A program made the position numbers and the translations under genes. A stretch of DNA of 61,282 bases, the filler included. It is 10 parts of 10 records of this genome, joined end to end, with 100 filler letters (N's around TTAATTAATTAA, not from the genome) between each part and the next. Parts side by side here need not be neighbours in the genome. Positions count along the whole stretch, not along the records: positions 1 to 7,269 come from SRR7504441_244; positions 7,370 to 15,786 come from SRR7504441_246; 8 more parts are not named here. One strand, given 5' to 3'. Below, one piece after another: positions 1 through 9,283 of this stretch; the first letter of the stretch is position 1, and the number at the start of each line of letters is the position of its first letter. The notes below the pieces were generated by a model. The model was not told where the DNA came from and did no database searches. It saw nothing but the letters and a program-made list of their open reading frames with translations.

Positions 1-206
1 ACATTTTCGTAGACCTTTAACCGGTCATCGCTGTACCTGGGTACGGTTCTTCCCGCCCGAAGCAGAACTCCAGTTCTCCACAGATCTGACGGTCATCCAC
101 CAGCGGCCCGATCGGCTCGACGCTGATCGGTGGTCGGCCGAGCTCGTCCCACGCCTTGAAAGCTTCGAAGCGCTCGTCCTCCCCATACGTAATATAACGC
201 CAACGT

Positions 207-219
207 TAACGGTCCGTTA
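207..219. promoter_or_regulatory. TAACGG-T-CCGTTA palindromic motif pair upstream of nudC
   Basis: Ends 14 nt before ATG 234. Confidence 0.55.
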
Positions 220-233
220 CCAGAATCCCACGT

Positions 234-1444
234 ATGCTGGCCTCGCGAGCTCCGCGGTGCCGCCAAGCTGCCACGGCGCTTGGTCACCCGGGGGGCAGGC
301 TGCGGCTGCCTCGGCAGGTCTGGTCGGACTCGCCACTAGCGCTCGACCGGACCACCCAGCGGCGTCTCAGTCCGGGGGCCGACCCTCAGGCCGCCCAGCG
401 CTGGATTCGCCAGACCGCCCAGCTGCCCTCCTCCATGTTCATGTTCGTCTGCAACGGAAAGGTCGCCTTCGACAGCGGGGGCGGCCAGCGGATCGCCTGG
501 CGCGACTGGTCCGGCTAGCCTCTGCTGCCCACTCACTGGGTGGCAGCGCCGGGTCGGAACGGGCGATCGGGTCTCCGCTGGATGACGCTCTCTGCTTCCT
601 GCTCGGCTCGAGAGGCCGGCCGGGCGGGGGCGAGTCTGCGGACCCGGTGCTGGCTGGGGAGGGCTGGAGGTTCGCGCTGGACGCCTCAACGGTCCCAGAG
701 GACCAGCTGGGGCGAGCATTAGGGCCAGGCACCGAGCTGCTCAGCCCGCGCCAGCTGATGCCCTCGCTGGACCGGGCCAGCCTGGGCGTGATCGGGCAGG
801 CGGTGGCTCGGATGAGCTGGCACCGCGAGTCCGCCAGCCCATCGAGCTCGCATCCGGCGGCCGGCGGCCAATACCGCAGGGACACGGCAACTGGCCGTTT
901 TCTGTTCCCGAGGACTGACCCAGTCGCGATTATGCTTGTGCAATCCAAAGACGGGCAGCGCTGCCTGCTCGGGCGGACCCGGAAGCGGCACTCTAGCCGG
1001 ATGTACTCCTGCCTGGCCGGGTTTGTGGAGCAGTGTGAGTCGGTCGAGGATGCGGTCCGGAGGGAGGTATGGGAGGAGGCCGGGGTGCCGGTGGGCGAGG
1101 TCCAGATGATCGGGTCCCAGCCCTGGCCGATCGGCGGGGCCGGGCACGCCGAGCTGATGCTGGGCTGTCTGGCTCGGGCCGAGAGTGACCGGCTTTCGGT
1201 TGACATGGACGAAATGGCAGATGTTCGGTGGTTTTCGAGGGAGGAGGCTGGGGAGATGCTGTCTCGGAGCGCTAGCCCGGCCGATGACGGGCGGCTGATT
1301 GTGCCGGGCGAGTATGCGATCGCCCATCACTTGATCAAGACCTGGTACGAGGCCGAGCAACAGTCGACGGGGCCGGTGGTCTCTCCGGGCCCGGCGGCTG
1401 CAGTAGGGGCTGTGCTCGGCTTTGCTCTGGCAGCGATGCTATGA
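234..1444 (+). CDS. nudC: NADH pyrophosphatase / NAD-cap decapping Nudix hydrolase (NudC/NUDT12-13 family), 2 exons
   Basis: ATG 234. A GT-AG intron at 509-546 joins ORF 234-518 to the 257-1444 frame. Nudix box GFVEQCESVEDAVRREVWEEAG, FPRTDP and the diagnostic SQPWP motif are present. Confidence 0.9.
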
Positions 1445-1548
1445 CGAGTACTTCCTAAGTTCTTACAAACTTGTAGAGCATTAGTAAAACTAATGGCTGT
1501 TAACTCACTCTCTCTGTCTGCTTTCTCTTTTGCGTCCACATCTCGGCC

Positions 1549-3195
1549 CTAAAACTCGCTCAAGTTCGTTGAATTGGCTTCTGTTGTTGCTTTGCGAGAA
1601 CACCTCCCGTCCGGCTCGACGAATTCGTAGATAGACTTGGAGTACCAATGCGGCTGGTTGCGGGGCGAGTAGTGCCGCACCCGGCGCCCTCCCGCATCCG
1701 CTTGCCGCACCCACTCCTTCACGGCCTCAATCGGGTCTACGAGCACCGTGGCCTCGGGCTCAAGCTCCAGAAACTCGCCCCAGACCTGCCGCCGCAACCG
1801 GCCTGCAAAGGTACTCGGCCCGGCGGGTACTCCAGGCGACACCACCCCGATGCTGAGTTCTGCGTCGTTCGTGAAACCTGCTCTTTCTATTCCACACGAG
1901 CCTACAAGCCCAAACTCGTCGTCTATAATTAGAGTCTTTGAGTGCACGTAGATCTGGTGATCCGCGTCTCGATGGCTGCCAGGGAGACCAAGTGAGAAGA
2001 TTTTGACCTTGTCGGCGTGTGGGCTCTCGAGCAACGGTTTAAGCGCCTGATATTGGTAGTGCTGGACTGTGTCAGTGTACTCTGTCAAATTAATGTGCCC
2101 AAGTGCACCGACTGGTAGTGTCTGAACGGCCATGTCAGTTACAATCACAACCGCCTGCACATTGGGCAACGCCTCGGCCACGGCAAGCATGGCCTCATCG
2201 AACCACATAAACTGATCTGCCAGATAGATGTATTGCCTCGCCCTCGCCAGAGCCTTGTAAAACAGCGCGGCATAAGAGTACTCTCCCTTTGGTGCAAAGT
2301 CCCCGTAGCACCCGCCCCAGCACGGAGGACCCGACCGATCGCACCCAAACGTGCGGACAACCTGCACAGCCTCCGCCCCCGGAGCAGCCGGGACAGCTGC
2401 AGAAAAGCGGTAAGGCGGCGGTCTGCCAAACAGCGGATACGGCGACACTGGATCGTTCCACCTCTGCCAGAAAGTGCGCTCCACGTCGGCGGCGGCAGCG
2501 CCACGCAGAAGATACATATCTCCGTGCCACGGGAACCGGCGTACCGGATCCTGCGGCTGGATGGTTCTGTTTGGGTCGCGCGGATCGTGTTGGGCCGTGT
2601 CCCAACGGTCGTCCGCTATGTCCATCGAACCCACAAGCGCGACAAGCTCTCCTCGCCGCTGCACCGTCCAAATCTTCTCGTGATTCGACCCGCTCCCCCC
2701 GCCGATTCCAGCGTTGGCGTGTCGCCCATCGGGTGCGCAGCAGTACCCTCCGGTGCACCGCGCATTGTACTTGCGGCATGCGCTGAGCGCAGCCGCCTGC
2801 TGGAAGCTGTTGCTGGATATGAGCAGCCGGACGTGCACCCCCCGGTCCATGGCGCCGAACAGAACCGCGTCCAGCGACGTGTTGGCCGACGCGACCGGCT
2901 GGTTGCTGTCCGGCCGGAGCATAACCTGCCCGTCGATCTCCCAGAAGCTGGCGTGTATGTAGTCCCCGCGCGCGGTGCCTGTCAGCTCCTCAAACAGTTG
3001 GGACATCACCCTGTCGCCGTTCATCAGCGGCGTCACCGAGCTGTTGGGGCTCCAGTCGTGCACCAGCGTGCCCGACCGGTTGAGCGCCCCGCCCGAGGCT
3101 TGCAGCAGCTCCCCAGCCGTCAGGAACCAGTCCGGAGGTGCGGCTCCGGAGGCGGCGGCCAGCAGAGCCGCAGCAGCGATCCACGCGGCGGGCAT
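1549..3195 (-). CDS. Secreted phospholipase D family protein (two HKD-type motifs), intronless
   Basis: Signal peptide MPAAWIAAAALLAAASG. Motifs NHEKIWTV...GSMDIADDRWDT, PWHGD and YVHSKTLIIDD...GS. Confidence 0.88.
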   Translation of the reverse strand: MPAAWIAAAALLAAASGAAPPDWFLTAGELLQASGGALNRSGTLVHDWSPNSSVTPLMNGDRVMSQLFEELTGTARGDYIHASFWEIDGQVMLRPDSNQPVASANTSLDAVLFGAMDRGVHVRLLISSNSFQQAAALSACRKYNARCTGGYCCAPDGRHANAGIGGGSGSNHEKIWTVQRRGELVALVGSMDIADDRWDTAQHDPRDPNRTIQPQDPVRRFPWHGDMYLLRGAAAADVERTFWQRWNDPVSPYPLFGRPPPYRFSAAVPAAPGAEAVQVVRTFGCDRSGPPCWGGCYGDFAPKGEYSYAALFYKALARARQYIYLADQFMWFDEAMLAVAEALPNVQAVVIVTDMAVQTLPVGALGHINLTEYTDTVQHYQYQALKPLLESPHADKVKIFSLGLPGSHRDADHQIYVHSKTLIIDDEFGLVGSCGIERAGFTNDAELSIGVVSPGVPAGPSTFAGRLRRQVWGEFLELEPEATVLVDPIEAVKEWVRQADAGGRRVRHYSPRNQPHWYSKSIYEFVEPDGRCSRKATTEANSTNLSEF

Positions 3196-3365
3196 GAGTG
3201 TGTTAGAGTTCCCTCGAGCTCCCTGTGCTTTCAGTGTCTCCCCCCACTGCAGCTGGCTTTCAGTTGCCGTTACGTCTCCAACTGCAGCAGGGGCTACTCA
3301 CACCGCACTGATCAGGCGGGCACTCTCCGCGTTGATCGAGCGATCGCGCCTGCTCAGGCGCCTTG

Positions 3366-4407
3366 ATGGGGGCAGCCTGCTGCAATTCGGAGGATTCCGA
3401 CGTGGGCGAGAGCCGGTCGTACGAGGAGCAGGCCGAGCTGCGCGACGAGATCAGCGAGAAGCGCCGGCAGCAGGCCGAGCAGAAGGCGGCACAGCGCCGG
3501 CGCGACGAGGAGCAACGGCAGAAGCAGATCAACGACGAGCGGGAGCGGATAGAGAACCGGATGCGCGAGGAGGCCGAGTCGGCCGAGCGGTCCAGGGCCG
3601 AGAAGGATGCGCTGCAGGCCGAGCTGGAGGGGTTCGAGGCAAGCCAGGTGGGGGGTGGGGCCGGGGGCGGTGCGATGGCGGGGCAGGCGGCGGAGGATGC
3701 GGGGCTGGATGCCGAGCTGGAGACGCTGCGAGCGGTGCCGCAGACCCAAGACCAGATCAAGCAGCTGCCACCCGAAGAGATCAGGGAGAGGTCGTCCAAG
3801 CGAGCGGCCGGGGGTGCGAGCGGGGCTGGCAGGCTGCTCGAGACGCTCGGTCGAGGGGCCGGGAAAACAATTGATCGGATGAACGCCCGGTCGCAAGTGG
3901 CGCTCCTGCTCTCTAACTCGCCCTGGAAGCACGGGCTTAGTCACTATAAAAGCTCGGTGCAGGCGGTGGCAAAGCAACGGCTTGCGCGATGCGATAAGCT
4001 CTCGGACCTGGGGATGATTGAGCTGTTCGGAGGGCCAACCCGGGCGGACGGGGCACGGGCGATGGACCAGGCGGTGAGGGAATGGCGGTCCGAGTGGATT
4101 AATAAAGGCGTTGCGCTCGAGGTCAGTCCTCAGAAGAGACCGAGGAAGCAGGATAACGCCAGCGGCACAGGTGCTGCCCCCTGACCCGTGAGGAGTGGAG
4201 CAGTGCGATAGACGCACTGCTCTGTGCCTCGCGACAGGTTGGTTGTCTGACGGCTGGGCAGCGGCCAAGCCAACGGTGGTGAGTCGGAACGAGGACAAGC
4301 CGAGCCCAAAGGTGGAAGAGACGGAGGAGGAGTCGAATCAGGTGGAGGCGGCGCTGCGCGATTCGATGACCGGGGTGTCGAATTTCATGTCCAAACTGCT
4401 AGATTAA
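3366..4407 (+). CDS. Hypothetical coiled-coil protein, possibly N-acylated (MGAACC)
   Basis: 273-aa ORF with E/R/Q-rich helix. A probable intron at 4171-4237 joins it to the 4195-4407 frame. Confidence 0.55.
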
Positions 4408-4611
4408 ACCGACCAATTAATTAAAGTCCATTAGATCTTGGGCGAAGTTTTCATCAAGCCTAAATTAAGCCATCAGATGTGGGCGCCATAGTCCTTAGAT
4501 CACTAAACTGCTATCCTACGCTAGCGTGCCCATGCTCATGGCATGCTCATGTGACAGGCGAGCAAAGCCCCTGCTTTTTCGACCGTTCCGTTATTCTGGT
4601 CCCGCTGCCTG

Positions 4612-6369
4612 ATGCGAGCGTGGCTCGTGCTCTGGCTGGGTGCCGCGGCCGGAGGCTCGGACCGGAGCCTGGTGTTCATGAACGGGCTCTCTCGTCCGCT
4701 GGACATCCTTTGGGTCCCCGCGGACGGCGGCGCGCCGGTGCCGCAGGGCCAGCTCCCGCCGGCCCAGCCCAGCACCCCTGGCCAGTCGGTGATCGGAACC
4801 TACAAGGGTCACAGCTTCAGGCTGCGCGAGCCGCGCGGCGAGTTCATCTCCGGGCTGCTTACGCACGACGGCGGCCGCTACAATCTGGTCGCCGTGGCCG
4901 TGACGGGTCAGCCATCGCTCCTGGCCGCCGGAGAGCTCAGGAGGCTGGTCAGCAGTCAGGCGGCTGAGTGCGGCGCTGGGCCGACAGAGGCATGCGTCAA
5001 GGCGGCCGGTCTGCGGGCGGGCGGGATCGTGCTGCCAGAGCCGCTGGTGGACCAGCTGTGGCGAGAATACGACCCTGCAAGGATGGCACCCAGAGTGGTC
5101 CCGCCCGAGTCTGTGCGGCGGGAGGCCGGGCCGCAGGACAGGCTGGTGCTGCTCAACCGGGCGGATAAGCCGGTGACAGTCGGCTGGCTCTGGCTGGATC
5201 CAGAGGACTCTGCAGTGGATGGCTTCTCGCCTGAGAGCTCAGTGATGCCTGCAAGCGACAGCGTCACTGCAGAGCAGCAGCGAGGTGTAGGCAGCGTGCC
5301 TGCGGGTGTATCGGGCAGTGCGAGCGTCCTGATGGTCCGGGCTAGCCCCGGGCAGCGGTTCTTGCTCTCGACTGGGTCCGGTCGGAGCCTTGTAGCTGAT
5401 TATGGAGGCGAGATGGCGATTGTAGACTTGTTTGAACATGGAGGCCAGCTGAACGCAACGGTCAGGACCGAGGATCAGCTGAAGATGCAGCTCGGGAGGG
5501 TGGCCGATGACTGCTTAGTCGAGCAGGCCGGCCACGACTGGCCAAAGAGCAAGCCTGGCTGGTCGCGCTGTGTCTCCCGATCGCTGCGAGTTGAGTCTGT
5601 GGATCTGGATCTAGGCTCGCATTGGTTTAGGCAGCTTTGGGGCTCGCCCGATCACTGGTGGCTGTGCAATCACCGGCCAGCGGCCCGGCCACTCGCGAAC
5701 ATCAGCATCCAGCTCTCGGGCCGCACTCTCTCGGCAGAAGTGTTCCGAAGAGAGCCTTTGTTAGTCATGATGATACACGGAGTCGCCTCGACCAGCGAGT
5801 GCGCCTTGCTAGCCGAGCGCGGGATGAAGGGGCTGGGGATGGCGCACGTCGCCGGGGGCGGCCACTCGCGCACCCGCCGGACGCTTTCTAAGGACCTTTA
5901 CCCAGACCTGCAGGATGACGACTCGTTGGTAACGCAAATCGCTCGGAGGTTTTTCGAGCTGACCAGCGTGGTTACGGGTTTTGATCTGAAGCCGGAGGGG
6001 CAGGAGCCGATCAACTGGTTGCACTATTTAGGCGGGTATGAGTACCGGCCGCACTGCGACGGCGGGTGCGGACAACACAAGGTGCGGAAGTTTGACCGAG
6101 TGGCCACCACACTGCTCTACTGTCAGGCCGCCGATGAAGGCGGCAGCACCGTGTTCACCCGGGATCCGATCCGAGTGGTGCCGCGGGCCGGCTCTATGCT
6201 GCTGTTTACTTACGACTCGGATCCGACCAGTCTGAGCGAGCATGCGGCCTGTCCGGTGCTGGCAGGCACCAAGAGCACGGCGACTCAATGGTATCGCGAA
6301 GGGGTCAGCCTCAAACGGAACTGGGAGGGCAAGCCAGTCCGAATGAAGCGGGCAAGGGACGATTTATAG
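4612..6369 (+). CDS. Secretory-pathway prolyl 4-hydroxylase-like 2OG-Fe(II) dioxygenase with two N-terminal VHL-beta-like domains
   Basis: Signal peptide. P4Hc motifs YRPHCDG, RVATTLLY, GGSTVF, HAACPV, GTKSTATQW. C-terminal RDDL. Confidence 0.85.
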   Translation: MRAWLVLWLGAAAGGSDRSLVFMNGLSRPLDILWVPADGGAPVPQGQLPPAQPSTPGQSVIGTYKGHSFRLREPRGEFISGLLTHDGGRYNLVAVAVTGQPSLLAAGELRRLVSSQAAECGAGPTEACVKAAGLRAGGIVLPEPLVDQLWREYDPARMAPRVVPPESVRREAGPQDRLVLLNRADKPVTVGWLWLDPEDSAVDGFSPESSVMPASDSVTAEQQRGVGSVPAGVSGSASVLMVRASPGQRFLLSTGSGRSLVADYGGEMAIVDLFEHGGQLNATVRTEDQLKMQLGRVADDCLVEQAGHDWPKSKPGWSRCVSRSLRVESVDLDLGSHWFRQLWGSPDHWWLCNHRPAARPLANISIQLSGRTLSAEVFRREPLLVMMIHGVASTSECALLAERGMKGLGMAHVAGGGHSRTRRTLSKDLYPDLQDDDSLVTQIARRFFELTSVVTGFDLKPEGQEPINWLHYLGGYEYRPHCDGGCGQHKVRKFDRVATTLLYCQAADEGGSTVFTRDPIRVVPRAGSMLLFTYDSDPTSLSEHAACPVLAGTKSTATQWYREGVSLKRNWEGKPVRMKRARDDL

Positions 6370-6515
6370 CACTGCATGGCGTTTATCACATTTTTATTGA
6401 AAGGCTACTGTATACGTTTGTTTACACGTTTATCATCGGTATATTATTGGTTGTTAATGGTGCGTGTTTTTTTAGCGTGTTATTATCGTGACATTACATG
6501 TAGTGTGCGATACCA

Positions 6516-7269
6516 TTACGTTACGACACAGCCGGCACACGTCCTGGCTGGCCCCGCCTTCGCCACGTCAGGTATCCGCAGATCCCGGCGCCCGTCCTCG
6601 TCCATCACCGCCCCGGCCTCACTAGCCAGCATCAGCTTGACTGTAGATGCCTGCTGCGCTGCTAGCACTAGCGCGCTCTTCCCGTGGCTGTTGTGGCATC
6701 CGAGTGACCCACCTGCCTCCACAAGCATCCGAACCACTTTCTCATACCCCGACGGCTCGGCCTCCATCAGCAGGCGCCACTGCACCACCGTCTCGCACTG
6801 GGCACCGGTCAGCTCCACCCTGGGCACCACACGCGCACCATTTGGAGCAGCTGCGGCTCCTCGACAGCCAGCTCTGAGCAGGTGGCTGAGCAGAGCTCTC
6901 GCCACTGCGATACCTGCACGCCCTAAGCCTCGTGCCAGGCGCTGCCCAGGCCTGGGCCCGGTCGCGGTAGGCCAGCGTCTGTTCGGCCACGCTGGTGAAG
7001 CCCTGGAGCGCCACCAAGTGCAGCGGCGTATCCCCGTGCTGACCGGCGCCCTCGGCCCCCGCCGGGGCGGCGGCCGGCGCCTGGTTCTGCGCCGCGACGG
7101 CTGCGCCGGCCGCGAGCAGCAGCTGCCCATCCGTGGCACCAGGACAGCCCGGGCGGTGCCTTTGTGGACTCGGCGTCCCCGGCGCCAGCAGCCAGATGCA
7201 GCGGTGTGTTGCCGAGCTGTCCGCCGATTCAAAACTGGCGCGTTGCGCCGGCGCGCCATGTTGCGGGCG
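6516..7269 (-). CDS. Ankyrin-repeat protein (5' truncated, multi-exon)
   Basis: After removing short introns it reads LGNTPLHLAAGAGDAESTK-LLLAAGA, HGDTPLHLVA and HGKSALVLAA. Confidence 0.8.
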
Positions 7270-7369
7270 NNNNNNNNNNNNNNNNNNNNNNNNNNNNNNN
7301 NNNNNNNNNNNNNTTAATTAATTAANNNNNNNNNNNNNNNNNNNNNNNNNNNNNNNNNNNNNNNNNNNN
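7270..7369. other. Artificial contig linker
   Basis: N44-TTAATTAATTAA-N44, stops in all six frames. Confidence 0.98.
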
Positions 7370-7614
7370 TATCGACAGATACCGTTGGTGAGTGAGATGT
7401 TCGGTGCCGTTGATATAACGGTCCATCGGTGTAAGAGATTGAGGGAGTGGTATATACCCACGATAATTATACCCACGAATTCTCAATACTCCCGGCACTA
7501 AGATTTAATTTACCGCAAAGAATTACAAATCAATTCGAATGCTCTCTCTAGATCTATCCGAGTGTAGCATTTGAGCCAGTCTAAGGGTTGTCATGACACT
7601 GCATCCACGCTGTA

Positions 7615-9213
7615 TCAATCATAGTAATGCCCCCAAAAGTCGCATCGGTTGGTTTGGAATCCACCGAAGAGCACTGTTCGACTGGCATTGAAGTTGAGCA
7701 CCGCTTGGCCATTTGTCGAAGTATTGAATTGTGGCCAATGCAACGGCATGCCACTGGCCGGGTTTGGGTTGCCTCCACTTTTGGCGAATGCCAGCCAGAA
7801 GTTCATAACATCGTCTGATAGCTTGGTCTGTTCTTTGGTGAATGGGCTCTTCTGCCAGTCCCAGACAAACGGCATTTCGCTCCCGTGATAGTCTCCAAAG
7901 ATGCGCCCGACTAGCCCAGCCACCGGATAGTCAAAGAAGTACTGAAACGCAGGGGTGTGGCGGCTTGCTGCTTCTACTATGCGGCGGTTACTGCAGTACC
8001 AAAAGAAGTCTGTGGTGATGGCCTCGGCGATGGCGTTGTTACTGTCAAACCTCATCTTAGAGTAATAATCGACAATCGTTGCAGCTGATGAAGTGTTGAA
8101 AAAGTGGCTTACCACAGAACGAAGGCCGGACTCGGACAGGGGCAAGCGCACTCCAGGAACGATCAAAGGCAAAAGCAGCAGGAAAACGCTGCCTTCGTTC
8201 TTGTTTGTCCCTACCATGATTGGGACTGTCGGTGGAGATTGCCTCTTTATAGCTTCAAGTGGCCATTGAGCTATGATATCACCATCCAAAACCGGTGTCC
8301 AGCCAATCACTGGAGCGAGTTTTGGAAGTGTGCGGCTCGATCGGCTGCGCGATCGCGGGAACACGAGAGGCGCACAGGCCTTATCGACCGATAGTCTCTG
8401 CATACACGTGAGTGCTGAGGTGTGATTGCAGTCAACAGATTCAATCAACTCAGCAGCGATTGCTTCGGCCCTATCCGGGGGTTGAAGGAATGCTGACGAG
8501 TCGCACACGCCACTTTCCATGATTGCAGAATGGAAGAGGCCCTTCGAAGCTCGGGCCGTGATATGCGCGCAGACTGAGATGGCGCCAGCAGACTCCCCGA
8601 ACAGAGTAATGCGGCTGGGATCCCCGCCGAAGCGCGCGATCTCGCGAACCACCCATTGCATCCCTAGCCGCTGATCGAGCAGCCCCATGTTGCCTGCGAT
8701 GCCTGCAGCTGGCTGATACAGCCACCCCAGGGAGCCGACTCTGTACTGGATGCTCACTACGACCACGTTGCCCTTGATTGCCAGGTGAGTGCCGTTGTAT
8801 TCACCGCCACCGTACTGATCGCCCTCGATGAATCCTCCGCCAGGCAGCCACACCATCACTGGGAGCCTCGCGTCGGCGCTGGGTGCCGGCGTGTACACGG
8901 AGAGCGAGAGGCAGCGCTCTTCGGATCCCTCCAACAGGTTCAGCCCAGAGACCAGCGACATCTGCGGGCACTTGAAGTGCGCCGGGATCCTGCTCGCGTC
9001 CAGTGTGTCTCCCCAAGGCAACGCCTCCACCGGCGGCCGGAATCTGAGGCTGCCTACCGGCGGCCGGGCGTAGGGCAGGCTGTAGAAGGTGGTCAGCCCG
9101 CCGAGTTGGTCACCCCGGACCAGACCCTTGCTGGTGCGGATCACCGGCGGTAGGGCGAGCGAGTCCAGCGCCCAGCACACCACCACCAGGACGCCGGAAG
9201 CCCGGCCCACCAT
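7615..9213 (-). CDS. Secreted type-B carboxylesterase/lipase, intronless
   Basis: PYARPPVGSLRF, GGGF oxyanion loop, GESAG nucleophile, NEG and YHGSE triad residues, hydrophobic N-terminus. ATG at 9213. Confidence 0.92.
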   Translation of the reverse strand: MVGRASGVLVVVCWALDSLALPPVIRTSKGLVRGDQLGGLTTFYSLPYARPPVGSLRFRPPVEALPWGDTLDASRIPAHFKCPQMSLVSGLNLLEGSEERCLSLSVYTPAPSADARLPVMVWLPGGGFIEGDQYGGGEYNGTHLAIKGNVVVVSIQYRVGSLGWLYQPAAGIAGNMGLLDQRLGMQWVVREIARFGGDPSRITLFGESAGAISVCAHITARASKGLFHSAIMESGVCDSSAFLQPPDRAEAIAAELIESVDCNHTSALTCMQRLSVDKACAPLVFPRSRSRSSRTLPKLAPVIGWTPVLDGDIIAQWPLEAIKRQSPPTVPIMVGTNKNEGSVFLLLLPLIVPGVRLPLSESGLRSVVSHFFNTSSAATIVDYYSKMRFDSNNAIAEAITTDFFWYCSNRRIVEAASRHTPAFQYFFDYPVAGLVGRIFGDYHGSEMPFVWDWQKSPFTKEQTKLSDDVMNFWLAFAKSGGNPNPASGMPLHWPQFNTSTNGQAVLNFNASRTVLFGGFQTNRCDFWGHYYD

Positions 9214-9229
9214 TGGGAGATTCACGAAG

Positions 9230-9245
9230 CCGTTATTTTAAACGG
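9230..9245. promoter_or_regulatory. Inverted pair of AACGG motifs in a 70-nt bidirectional promoter
   Basis: CCGTTATTTTAAACGG between divergent ATGs at 9213 and 9284. The motif recurs at most gene starts. Confidence 0.6.
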
Positions 9246-9283
9246 AACCTGGGAGATCGGCCAGCCCCTGCCGCCAAGCTGCG

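Noticed and set aside
2233-3366. Long antisense or overlapping ORFs (also 41760-42965 and 58836-60032)
   Set aside because: Expected shadows of GC-rich coding sequence, R/P/A-rich and without motifs.
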